A DNA stretch of 64,000 nucleotides from an uncultured Thermoanaerobaculia bacterium (lineage in GTDB: Bacteria; Acidobacteriota; Thermoanaerobaculia; Gp7-AA8), in contig CAZLGP010000232.1 in NCBI GenBank assembly GCA_964558905.1, forward strand, positions 34,824 through 98,823, written 5' to 3'. The first letter of the stretch is position 1; every line of letters starts with the position of its first letter. The notes beneath the pieces were generated by a model. That model made no database searches. It was given only the letters and a program-made list of their open reading frames with translations, and was not told the DNA's origin. Of this stretch, positions 8,174-16,697 are shown one piece after another. The position numbers and the translations under genes were made by a program.

Positions 8174-8949
8174 GCGATCGCTTCCCTCCGCGCCCAGTTC
8201 GGCGTCCGCCGCTCGAGGAACGCGCGGATGCCTTCCTCGGCGTCCGGCTCGCGCATCAGCTCGTCGAGGTAGACGCGATCGACTCTCGGCAGCTCTTCGT
8301 GCAACGCCTGCACGATGCTGCGTCTTACGATGCGCGTCGTGTGACGGAGCGCGCTCGCGGAACGCGACGCGAAGTGATCTTCGATGTATGCCGCGACGGC
8401 CATGCGCAGGCCGCCCCCGGGGGTGACTCGGGTGACGAGCCCCTGCTGCATCGCGCGCATGCCCGTCCAGCTCTCGCCGGTGAGGATCATCGCCGAGGCC
8501 GGCGCGACGCCGATGCGGATCGGCAGCAGCACCGAGGCTGCGGGCGGGAACACGCCGAGCTTGATCTCCGGCGCGCCCAGCTGGGCGTTCTCCTCGGCGA
8601 GGATGATGTCGCATGCGAGCGCGAGCTCGAAGCCGCCGCCGAGGCACTGGCCGCGCACCGCGGCGATCGTCGGAGCGGCGGCAGCGGTTACGCGGCGGAG
8701 CAGACCGCCGAGGCGGGCCAGGGCTCCCTCGATCTGATCGGGGAGGTGCTCTTCGACGCTCGCGCCGAAGCTGAAGTGCGATCCCTCGCCTTCGATGACG
8801 ATCGCCCGCAGCTCGTGCTCGCGCTCGAGAGCCTCGAAGATCGCGTCGAGCTCCGTGACCATCTGGTCGTCGAGGATGTTGGCCTTCGGCGCGGCGAGAA
8901 ACACTCGCGCGATGCGCCCGTCGGAATCGACCTGAAGTTTCGCTTTCAT
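8170..8949 (-). CDS. dch: Cyclohexa-1,5-diene-1-carbonyl-CoA hydratase-like (crotonase family)
   Basis: Motifs EGSHFSFGASVEEHLPDQ, VRGQCLGGGFELALACD, EGIRAFLERRTPNW. 259 aa. Synteny with oah/had/bcr. Confidence 0.75.
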   Translation of the reverse strand: MKAKLQVDSDGRIARVFLAAPKANILDDQMVTELDAIFEALEREHELRAIVIEGEGSHFSFGASVEEHLPDQIEGALARLGGLLRRVTAAAAPTIAAVRGQCLGGGFELALACDIILAEENAQLGAPEIKLGVFPPAASVLLPIRIGVAPASAMILTGESWTGMRAMQQGLVTRVTPGGGLRMAVAAYIEDHFASRSASALRHTTRIVRRSIVQALHEELPRVDRVYLDELMREPDAEEGIRAFLERRTPNWARREAIA

Positions 8950-8967
8950 CGTTTCACCTCCTGTTCG

Positions 8968-9063
8968 CGCCGTTCAGGCGCGTCAGCACCGCCGTTCAGG
9001 CGCGTGTCAGCACCGCCGTTCAGGCGCGCCTCAGCATCGCGCCGTTCAGGTGCGTGTCAGCGT
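8968..9063. repeat. Four tandem ~24-nt repeats reiterating the 3' end and stop codon of oah
   Basis: Units CGCCGTTCAGGCGCG(TG)TCAGCAC at 8968, 8990, 9014 and 9038. The last unit contains the real oah stop (TCA on + at 9046-9048). Confidence 0.85.
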
Positions 9064-10143
9064 CGGCACCCATGGCGCGATCTCCTCGATCAGCTCGTCG
9101 CTCCACGCGGCCCCTTCGGCGAGGCGTTGGCGCAGGCGGATGAAGTCCACCTCGCGCCGCTCCTTCGTGCCGTAGTGGAATGCGCGGAAGCCCGCCTTCG
9201 CCTCCGTGGTCATGTTCAGCGACAGCCACGCGCGGTTCGTCTCGCGGTTGCGGTCCCAGTGCTCGAGCTTGTGTTTGCGCATGCTCTCGATCGTCTTCGT
9301 GAGGCAGTCGGGCATGGTGTAAAGGAGCTTCGTCGCGAGGTCGTCGACCGCGGCGTCGAGCAATGTGAGATCGACGTTCCCCCGACTCATGAGCGCCTTC
9401 GCGGCGTCACGCTCCGCGCCGCTCTTCATCTCGCCGATCACCACGCGGCCGAAGTCATCGAGATAGCGATCGGTGACGACCAGCGGGTTGGCGATCCACT
9501 GTCCGTCGACGCGCAGCGCGGGAACGATCTGCGTCAGACCGCCCAGCGAGTAGAAGCGATGCGCGCTCCAGCTCTGGCAGAGCGTCGCGCTGATCATCGC
9601 CCGCTCCATACCGACGAAGAGCGGGAGGAAATCCGTGCTCCCGCCGTCGGGCGCGGAGCCATGCTTCGGCCCGGCCTGACTGAAGAGCGCGAGGTCGCTC
9701 GCGACCGAGTAGTCGCAGGCCATGCCGATCTCCTGACCGCCGCCCACGCGCATGCCGTTCACGCGGCAGATCACCGGCTTGTCGCAATGGAGGATCGCCG
9801 TGACGGCGTCGTTGAAGAGGCGCATGTACTGCCGGTACTCGCCGGGATGCCCGGCGTACACCTCCGCGTACTCGCGCGTGTTGCCGCCGGTGCAGAACGC
9901 CGTCGTGCCCGCGCCGGTGAGGATGACCGCCACCGCCGCGCGATCGTTGCTCGCAGCGCGCAGGGAGAGGATCAGCTCCTTGAGCATCGTCGTCGTATAG
10001 CTGTTCAGCTCCTTCGGGTTGTTGAGAGTGATCCAGACGTTGTGCAGCCCGTCGACGGGAACGCCGCGCTGATCGAGCACCGCGCGTTTCGACACGACGA
10101 GCTCCTTCGCCGCAAATCCCTCGACGAGGTCGTGGTCCTTCAT
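9046..10143 (-). CDS. oah: 6-oxocyclohex-1-ene-1-carbonyl-CoA hydrolase-like (ring-opening Oah/BamA type)
   Basis: Long crotonase-family protein (365 aa). Motifs AFCTGGNTREYAEVYAGHPGEYRQYMRLFND, VNGMRVGGGQEIGMACD. ATGA overlap with had. Confidence 0.8.
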   Translation of the reverse strand: MKDHDLVEGFAAKELVVSKRAVLDQRGVPVDGLHNVWITLNNPKELNSYTTTMLKELILSLRAASNDRAAVAVILTGAGTTAFCTGGNTREYAEVYAGHPGEYRQYMRLFNDAVTAILHCDKPVICRVNGMRVGGGQEIGMACDYSVASDLALFSQAGPKHGSAPDGGSTDFLPLFVGMERAMISATLCQSWSAHRFYSLGGLTQIVPALRVDGQWIANPLVVTDRYLDDFGRVVIGEMKSGAERDAAKALMSRGNVDLTLLDAAVDDLATKLLYTMPDCLTKTIESMRKHKLEHWDRNRETNRAWLSLNMTTEAKAGFRAFHYGTKERREVDFIRLRQRLAEGAAWSDELIEEIAPWVPTLTRT

Positions 10144-11231
10144 GCGGTGATCTCCTCCACTTCTGCTTTCTGCCTTCTGCCTTCAGCCTTCGGTGGAGCC
10201 GCAATCACGCGCCTCCGCAGCTCGTGTCTGTGCGCAGCCTCGAACAGCTCCGGCAGCTCCGCGAACGGCCGCACGTCCACGAAGGGTTCGAGCTTCACCT
10301 TTCCCTCGAGCACGAGCGCGAGCGCCTTCGGGTACTTCGCCGGCGCGCAGCCCCAGTTGCCGCGCGCGGTCGCATCGAGCGCCATCAGGTTCGACAGCCG
10401 GATCTCGACCTTGTCCGTGGTGTAGCCGACGACGGCGAGATAGCTGCCGAAGTCGAGCAGGTTGAAGGCAGTCTGCTGCCCCGCGGTCGTGCCGCTCATC
10501 TCGAAGATCTTCGTGCCGACGCGTCCGTGGCCGCCTTCGCGGACGATGCCGCGGATCGTGTCCTTGATCGCCTTTGGCGAAGCGGTCTTCGGGTTGATGG
10601 CCGACGATGCGCCGTGGGCGAGGGCGAGCGCGAGCCGGTCGTCGTCGACGTCGATGGCGACCACGGTCGCGCCGCACGCGGCCGCGATCTGCGCGCCGAA
10701 CCCGCCGATGCCACCCACGCCGACGATCACCACGAGATCGTCCGAGCCGACCTCGGCGCGCACGATCGCCTCGTACGGCGTCGTCACCGCGTCGGCGACG
10801 ACGGAGAGCATCTCCAGAGTGAGTCCGTCCGGCAGCACATCGGGAACGACGCACAGTCCCCGCGCGGGCACGACGACGTGCGTCGCGAATCCGCCGTGGC
10901 CGTCGTTGCCGGGCATGAACTGCTTGCGGCAGATCGTCGGGCGATGGTTGTGACACGCCTCGCACCTGCCGCACGGAATCACCGCGGGGACGATGACGCT
11001 CTGGCCGCTGCCGACGATGCGCCCGGAAATCTCATGACCGAGGATCAGCGGGAGGGGGTGGCGGGTGGGGACGCCGTCGTATGCGAAGCCGACGTCGGTG
11101 TGACAGAGACCGCAACCGGCGATCTCGACGACGACTTCGTCCGGGCCGGGCTCCAACGGCGGTAACTCGCGCTCGGCGAAAACGGCCGGCGCCTCGAGGA
11201 AAAGCCCGCGTGCGCCTTGGATCGGGGGCAT
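10140..11231 (-). CDS. had: 6-hydroxycyclohex-1-ene-1-carbonyl-CoA dehydrogenase-like (Zn-dependent MDR alcohol dehydrogenase)
   Basis: Trimmed to Met24 (ATG 11231). Motifs GCGLCHTDV, GHEISGRI, CGRCEACHNHRPTIC, VGVGGIGGFGAQ. 363 aa. First gene of the cluster. Confidence 0.8.
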   Translation of the reverse strand: MPPIQGARGLFLEAPAVFAERELPPLEPGPDEVVVEIAGCGLCHTDVGFAYDGVPTRHPLPLILGHEISGRIVGSGQSVIVPAVIPCGRCEACHNHRPTICRKQFMPGNDGHGGFATHVVVPARGLCVVPDVLPDGLTLEMLSVVADAVTTPYEAIVRAEVGSDDLVVIVGVGGIGGFGAQIAAACGATVVAIDVDDDRLALALAHGASSAINPKTASPKAIKDTIRGIVREGGHGRVGTKIFEMSGTTAGQQTAFNLLDFGSYLAVVGYTTDKVEIRLSNLMALDATARGNWGCAPAKYPKALALVLEGKVKLEPFVDVRPFAELPELFEAAHRHELRRRVIAAPPKAEGRRQKAEVEEITA

Positions 11232-11438
11232 GCAACCTCCTTTGGCAGGTTGCAACCGATCGTAGACAGACGGCGCACGTGAGCCGGTGATGAAGCGCAC
11301 CCGTCGCGGTGATCCGGAGCGCGCAGGCGCCGCCGGCCGCGCGGAGATGAACTGTCATCCCGACCCGACACGGCCGGCTGCGTGGATTGACCAAGCCTCG
11401 GCCACCTGTTCATTGCCGCACTCCCTATACTCTTCCCG

Positions 11439-13601
11439 ATGCGCGTCGTTCTTCGCGTCCTTCTCGTTCTGATCGCGATCGTTCTCCTCGGCTGGTTCGG
11501 CGGTCGTGCGTACCTCGCGCGCTCGCTCCCGCCGCGTGAGGGCACGATCGTCGCCGGCGCGGATGCGCACATCACCTTCGACGCGAAAGGCATCCCCCAG
11601 GTCTGGGCGAAGACCGACGGCGATGCCTACTTCGCGATCGGCTGGCTGCACGAGTCCGATCGCCTATTTCAGATGGAGCTCGTGCGGAGGCTGGCGCGCG
11701 GCGAGCTGTCCGAGGTCTTCGGCGAGGCGGCGTACGAGGCGGACGTGCATCAACGGCGCATCGGCTTCGCGCGGCGCGCCAACGCGGCGAAGCTCTCGCC
11801 GGAAGCGAGGCGCGCCACGCAGCGCTACGTCGATGGCATCAACGCCTACATCACGAAGGCGAAGGTGCTCCCGCCCGAGCTCGTGATCCTGCGACTGAAG
11901 CCGCGCCCGTGGACCCTCGAGGACTGCATCGCGATCAGCAACTACCAGACCTGGTTCTCCCACGAGCTGATGGATCAGGACGGGAAGTATCAGAAGCTCA
12001 TCGAGAAGCTCGGCATGCCGGCGAGCGTGCTGGCGAACGCCGGGCATCCCTGGTCACCGCCCACGGTGCCGGACCTTCGCATCACGACGGCCTCGAACTC
12101 GTGGGTCGTCGCGCCGTCCCGATCGTCGTCGAAGGCAGCGCTGCACGCTTCCGACCCGCATCTCGCGATCGATCAGGCCCCGGGCCTCTGGTACCTGGCC
12201 GGATTGCATTCCGAGGAGGGACTGAACATCGTCGGGGTCACGTATGCCGGCGCGCCGTTCGTGGTGATGGGTCACAACGACGCGATCGCGTTCTCGTTCA
12301 CCGTCGCCTCCGTCGATCTCATCGACTCCTACGACGATGTGCCGCGGACCAGCGAGCGCGAAGAGATTCGCGTCAAAGGTGAGGACACGCCGCGCGTGCT
12401 CGACGTGAAGCACGGTTCCCGCGGCGTGATGATCGACGAGAAGACCTCCCTCTATTGGGCCGGCTTCGACTTCGAGCCGGCCGCGTCGACCGACGCCGCG
12501 CTTCGCCTGCAGAAGGCTCGCAACTTCGACGAGTTTCGCCGCGCCGTCACCGCCTTTGGCGCGCTCGACGCGAACTGGATCTACTCCGACCGGGACGGCA
12601 ACATCGGCTATCAGCTCGGCGCACCGATTCCCATCCGCGACCACGACACGTACGTGCGCCAGAGCGCGACCGATCCGCGCGCGGCCTGGCGCGGCTACCG
12701 CGCTCTCGAGGAGACGCCGCACGCGCTCAATCCGCCCCAGGGCTTTCTCGCGAACTGCAACAACCAGCCGGTCTCGCGCGAGTTTCCGTATCGCATCCCC
12801 GGCTTCTACGATCCCTATCGCATCACCCGCGCCTCGGCGCTCCTCGACGGCGTGACGTCCGCCGCGCCGAGACACATGCGCGCCATGCAGCTCGACCTCA
12901 CGTCGGGTCTGGCGATGCGATGGAAGTCGCTCGCCGCCGACGGCGCGCGCGCCGCGGGTCTGCAGAACGAAGCCCGGATGCTCGCGGCGTGGGACGCGCG
13001 CATGAATCCCGACAGTCGCGCGGCCACGCTCTTCGCCGCGTGGTGGCGGCGCCTTCCGCGCGCGATCTTCGAGGACGAGCTCGGAGAGGAGTGGGAGACG
13101 GGCCGGGTCCTGCTCGATGAGGCGCTCACGACGCGCACGCCGGCAATCGACGACCGCCGCACGCCGCGCGTCGAGACGCTCGTCGACGTGTCGGCATCGG
13201 CGATGCGCGAAGCCGTTGCGATCGCGAACGGACGCACCTGGGGCGAGGCCTGCACGCTCACGATCCACCATCCGCTGGCCCGGGTGAAGGTCCTCGACTG
13301 GTTTCTCGATCTCAATCGCGGGCCGTTTCCCGGCTGGGGCGATCCCGGCACGCTCAACGCGAACTTTTTCAGCTATCGCGACGAGACGAAGTCCTTCCGT
13401 GCGCACATCGGCCCGAGCATGCGCTTCGTGCTCGACTGGTCCGACGTGGACGCGTTCTCCCTCAGCGGCGCTCTCGGCCAGTCCGGCAATCCCTTCAGCC
13501 CCCACTACGATGACTTCCTCGGCGTCACCGAATGGAATGTGCCGTTCACGCGGGAGAAGGTATTCGCGAGCGCGAAGTCTCAGGTCGTGATGCGCCGGTA
13601 G
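11439..13601 (+). CDS. Penicillin acylase family protein (Ntn hydrolase; possible acyl-homoserine-lactone acylase)
   Basis: 720 aa. N-terminal TM/signal segment. Nucleophile context TTASNSWVVAPS. Family strings WLHESDRLFQMEL, GQSGNPFSPHYDD. Confidence 0.85.
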   Translation: MRVVLRVLLVLIAIVLLGWFGGRAYLARSLPPREGTIVAGADAHITFDAKGIPQVWAKTDGDAYFAIGWLHESDRLFQMELVRRLARGELSEVFGEAAYEADVHQRRIGFARRANAAKLSPEARRATQRYVDGINAYITKAKVLPPELVILRLKPRPWTLEDCIAISNYQTWFSHELMDQDGKYQKLIEKLGMPASVLANAGHPWSPPTVPDLRITTASNSWVVAPSRSSSKAALHASDPHLAIDQAPGLWYLAGLHSEEGLNIVGVTYAGAPFVVMGHNDAIAFSFTVASVDLIDSYDDVPRTSEREEIRVKGEDTPRVLDVKHGSRGVMIDEKTSLYWAGFDFEPAASTDAALRLQKARNFDEFRRAVTAFGALDANWIYSDRDGNIGYQLGAPIPIRDHDTYVRQSATDPRAAWRGYRALEETPHALNPPQGFLANCNNQPVSREFPYRIPGFYDPYRITRASALLDGVTSAAPRHMRAMQLDLTSGLAMRWKSLAADGARAAGLQNEARMLAAWDARMNPDSRAATLFAAWWRRLPRAIFEDELGEEWETGRVLLDEALTTRTPAIDDRRTPRVETLVDVSASAMREAVAIANGRTWGEACTLTIHHPLARVKVLDWFLDLNRGPFPGWGDPGTLNANFFSYRDETKSFRAHIGPSMRFVLDWSDVDAFSLSGALGQSGNPFSPHYDDFLGVTEWNVPFTREKVFASAKSQVVMRR

Positions 13602-13806
13602 CGCGCGTTCACGAGCGCGTACACGCCGTACGCCGCACCTCCCCTTTTCCTTTCCGGGGGTCGCTCGCTGTGCGCTCGCACCCCCGGCTACCGTCTGGCT
13701 GCCGCTCCGCGGCACAGGAGCGGGACGCCAACGGTCCGCTGGAAAAGCGGAGGGCAATGCCTCCGGCACTCCACATGGGCCCGTCTCCTGCAAGGAGAGC
13801 GAGCCC

Positions 13807-14553
13807 ATGTTGAAGAAGTTTCCGTTCATCATCCTCATCGCCCTTCCCCTTCTCGCACAGGAGCCCAGACCCGTCGATCCCCCTGTCGATCCCCCTGTGG
13901 ATCCATGGGCCAGCAGCATCGGAGCCGGGCTGGCCATCACCAGCGGCAACAGCGACACGACGAACATCAACGTCTCCGCGAATACCACCTGGGATCCGAA
14001 GACCGACCGTCTGTTCAAGGCGGAGGCCCTCTACCTCCTCGGCGAGACCGACGGCGAGAAGCAGGTCGACAAGAACACGGCCAACGCGCGCTACGAGCAG
14101 CTCTTCGACGAGCGAGCGTTCTGGTTCGGCGAGGTGCAGTACCTGCGCGATCCGTTCAAGGCCATCAACTACCTCGTGTCGCCGCTCGTCGGCGCGGGCT
14201 ATCACGTGATCCGCACCGACGCCCGCAAGCTGACGCTCGACGGCGCGGTCGGCGGCGTGGTCGAGGACAACGACGTCCTCGGACGCGACACGAGTGCGGC
14301 CGTGAAGGCCGGCGAGACGTTCGAGTGGTCCATCTCGCCGGTCAGCAAAGTGACGCAAACGCTCCGCGGTCTCTGGAAAGCCGACGACTTCGGCGACGCG
14401 CTCTACCACTTCGATGCCGGCCTGACGACGACCGTGGCCGCGCGCCTCGAGCTGAAGCTCTCCTACGTCTACGACTACAAAAGCAAGCCGCCTTCCCCAG
14501 ACATCGAGAGAGGCGACAGCTCGCTCTTCGCGGCCCTACTGGTGAAGTTCTAG
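13807..14553 (+). CDS. DUF481 family outer-membrane beta-barrel protein (YdiY-like)
   Basis: Signal peptide MLKKFPFIILIALPLLAQ. Strings GLAITSGNSDTTNI.., ..YEQLFDERAFWFGEVQYLRDPFK.., C-terminal ..LFAALLVKF. Confidence 0.8.
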   Translation: MLKKFPFIILIALPLLAQEPRPVDPPVDPPVDPWASSIGAGLAITSGNSDTTNINVSANTTWDPKTDRLFKAEALYLLGETDGEKQVDKNTANARYEQLFDERAFWFGEVQYLRDPFKAINYLVSPLVGAGYHVIRTDARKLTLDGAVGGVVEDNDVLGRDTSAAVKAGETFEWSISPVSKVTQTLRGLWKADDFGDALYHFDAGLTTTVAARLELKLSYVYDYKSKPPSPDIERGDSSLFAALLVKF

Positions 14554-14555
14554 CC

Positions 14556-14597
14556 GGGCCGGCACGGCCGGCGGCGCTGGTTGCTCCGCCTTACGGC
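14556..14597. repeat. Partial inverted copy of the ~95-bp repeat family (see 45759, 62045)
   Basis: GGGCCGGCACGGCCGGCGGCGCTGGTTGCTCCGCCTTACGGC is the reverse complement of the 3' half of the copies at 45.8 and 62.1 kb. Confidence 0.75.
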
Positions 14598-14600
14598 ACG

Positions 14601-15278
14601 TCACGCCGCGGGCGAGAGCCGCGCGATGCGCGCCAGCACGGCATCGCGCACGGTCGCGGGGACGTCGTCTTCTTCGCTCGCCAGGAGCTCCGTGACGAAA
14701 AACGGATTGCCGCCGGTGAGGGCGTGCAGGCGTTCCGCTTCGCGAGCGTCGCGTGCGAGCGTTGCCACCGCCGCCTCGCTCAGCGGGCGGAGGCGGATTC
14801 GTCGCGCCCCCGATCGCGCAAGGTCGCCGGCCACGGTCTGCATCCCGCGGCTCAGCTCTTCGTCGCGGAACGTCACGGCCATGAGACAGGGCAGCGCGCG
14901 GATGCGGCGTCCGAGGAAGCGGATCAGGTCGAGCGTGGCCTCGTCGGCCCAGTGCACGTCGTCGACGACGAAGAGCGCCGGCTCGCGGCGCAGATTCGCG
15001 TGCAGCTCCCGAAACAACGCGTTGCGATCGGACAGATCGCGCAGCTCGGGAAGGGCCATGTCGTGCAGCGGGCCGAGGGGGCGGGGCGTGAAGAGCTCAT
15101 CGCATCCGCCCCACAGCACGCGCGTCGTCGCGCGTTCGGCGAGCGCGCGCAGCAGCGTCGTCTTGCCGATGCCGGCCTCGCCACTGATGATCGCGATTGC
15201 TCCTTCACCCGCGACGGCGGCGTGGCCGAGGAGCATCTCGAGCTGGTCGAGGTGCGCGTCACGCTCGAGAAAGGGCAT
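14601..15278 (-). CDS. AAA ATPase domain protein, apparently the N-terminal fragment of a large LuxR/MalT-type regulator (truncated)
   Basis: Track ORF trimmed to MPFLERD (Met184, ATG 15278). Walker A GEAGIGKTTLL, Walker B LFVVDDVHWADEATL. Ends after 225 aa with no TPR or LuxR HTH, directly at a repeat element. Confidence 0.55.
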   Translation of the reverse strand: MPFLERDAHLDQLEMLLGHAAVAGEGAIAIISGEAGIGKTTLLRALAERATTRVLWGGCDELFTPRPLGPLHDMALPELRDLSDRNALFRELHANLRREPALFVVDDVHWADEATLDLIRFLGRRIRALPCLMAVTFRDEELSRGMQTVAGDLARSGARRIRLRPLSEAAVATLARDAREAERLHALTGGNPFFVTELLASEEDDVPATVRDAVLARIARLSPAA

Positions 15279-15461
15279 GCCTGATGGTACGAGTTGGGCA
15301 TCAGATGCACAACGGCCGCTGCAACTGCACGCGTGGCAAACGAAAAGTGTCGTTTTTTGGCCGAAAATCGCGAAAAAGCCATTGCGCATCGGCCCGTTCG
15401 TCGTTACATTGCGACCGCTCGTCCGCATGGACAGATCGCTGAAAGGAGAAACAACAAACAC

Positions 15462-15755
15462 ATGGCAGCAGGTCCGATGACCAAGTCGCAGCTCATCAAT
15501 CATCTCGCCGAAGAGGCCGAGGTCCCGCGCAAGACGGCCGCCCGCATGCTCGAGGCGCTCGGGGAAGTCGCCTACAAGGAAGCGAAGAAGGGGTTCACGC
15601 TTCCGGGGCTGGGCAAGCTCGTGCTCGTGAACCGCAAGGCGCGCATGGGCCGGAACCCGGCCACGGGCGCCACCATCAAGATCCCGGCAAAGAAGGTGCT
15701 GAAGTTTCGCATCGCCAAGGCCGCCAAGGACGCAATCCTCGGCTCGAAGAAGTAG
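15462..15755 (+). CDS. hup: HU family DNA-binding protein
   Basis: Met57 of track ORF (AAAGGAGAA about 12 nt upstream). Strings MTKSQLINHLAEE..., GFTLPGLGKLVLVNRKARMGRNPATGATIKIPAKKV. 97 aa. Confidence 0.9.
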   Translation: MAAGPMTKSQLINHLAEEAEVPRKTAARMLEALGEVAYKEAKKGFTLPGLGKLVLVNRKARMGRNPATGATIKIPAKKVLKFRIAKAAKDAILGSKK

Positions 15756-15767
15756 CTCCACACAACA

Positions 15768-15907
15768 GGGCGCAGGGGGCAGGGTGTTAAGTAGGGTCAG
15801 ACCTAGAATCTCTACTTGACGCGCCACGGCGGTGCGAGCGCGACAGGTGCGCGGCGTTAAGTAGAGATTCTAGGTCTGACCCTACTTAACACCTTGCCCC
15901 CTGCGCC
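15768..15907. repeat. 50-bp near-perfect inverted repeat (1 mismatch, ~40-nt spacer); REP/MITE-like, possible hup terminator
   Basis: GGGCGCAGGGGGCAGGGTGTTAAGTAGGGTCAGACCTAGAATCTCTACTT ... AAGTAGAGATTCTAGGTCTGACCCTACTTAACACCTTGCCCCCTGCGCCC. Confidence 0.85.
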
Positions 15908-15932
15908 CTGACTCACGTCCGGAGGTTTTCTC

Positions 15933-16469
15933 TTGCCGCATCTTTATCCCCAGGAGGCCACTCTGCGCGATGGCCGCCGCGTCCTCATCCGCCCCTTTGC
16001 CGCAACAGACGTCGACGCCCTCTACGACTTCTTCCACCGGATGCCGATCGAGTACCGGCGCTTCGCGTGGGACAACGTCGACAGCCGGCCGCTCATCGAG
16101 TCGTGGGGACGCGACATCGACTATGGGAAGGTTTTCCCCCTCATCGCTCTCGACAGCAGCCGCATCGTCGCCGACGCCACCCTGCATCGCCGCGAGGGCG
16201 GTCCGCTCCGCCTGGTCGGCCGCGTCAAGTGGATGCTCGACCCCGCCTTCCGCGGCGCCGGACTGGGCATGATCCTCGTGCAGCAGCTGATCAAGATCGC
16301 GCGCGAGCGCGGCCTGCGCCATCTGAGCTGCATGCTCATCAGCGATCTCGAAGCCGACGCCGTACAGACCCTCGAGGGCCTCGGCTTCTCCTCCCTCGTG
16401 CAACCCGGCTACGGAACCGATCCGGACGGGAACCAGCACGACATGACGAAGCTCATCCTCAAGTTGTGA
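15933..16469 (+). CDS. GNAT family N-acetyltransferase
   Basis: 178 aa with non-ATG (TTG) start per track. Strings IRPFAATDVDALYDFF, DPAFRGAGLGMILVQQLIKIARERGL. Confidence 0.75.
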   Translation: MPHLYPQEATLRDGRRVLIRPFAATDVDALYDFFHRMPIEYRRFAWDNVDSRPLIESWGRDIDYGKVFPLIALDSSRIVADATLHRREGGPLRLVGRVKWMLDPAFRGAGLGMILVQQLIKIARERGLRHLSCMLISDLEADAVQTLEGLGFSSLVQPGYGTDPDGNQHDMTKLILKL

Positions 16470-16470
16470 A

Positions 16471-16554
16471 CGGTTGGCAGTTGACGGTTGGCGGTTGGCG
16501 GGAGACCGCAAGCGCCCGTCGTTCCACCGCCAACCGCAACCAGCAACCGCCAAC
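16471..16554. repeat. Heptamer inverted array H4
   Basis: CGGTTGG CAGTTGA CGGTTGG CGGTTGG CGG, 23-nt spacer, CCACCGCCAACCGCAACCAGCAACCGCCAAC. Starts 2 nt after the GNAT stop. Confidence 0.85.
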
Positions 16555-16697
16555 GATGGCCGCACCGATTCCTCCCGCGGATACGCGAGGCGGCGATGGG
16601 AATGCTGCACCGGCGGATCGAAATAGATCGAAGCTGATCCCGAGGCTGTAAGTGGCAGTTTGCAGTTGCGCAGGAGATCAAGCCGCCATGCATCCCC

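Noticed and set aside
12054-14018. Very long antisense ORFs (for example 12054..14018-, 8299..10425+, 31661..33754+, 35218..36666-, 39210..41666-, 58208..61687-, 61865..62866-, 62873..63934-).
   Set aside because: They lie opposite genes with strong family signatures and are Arg/Gly/Ala/Asp-rich low-complexity translations typical of shadow frames in GC-rich DNA. None shows a recognisable motif.
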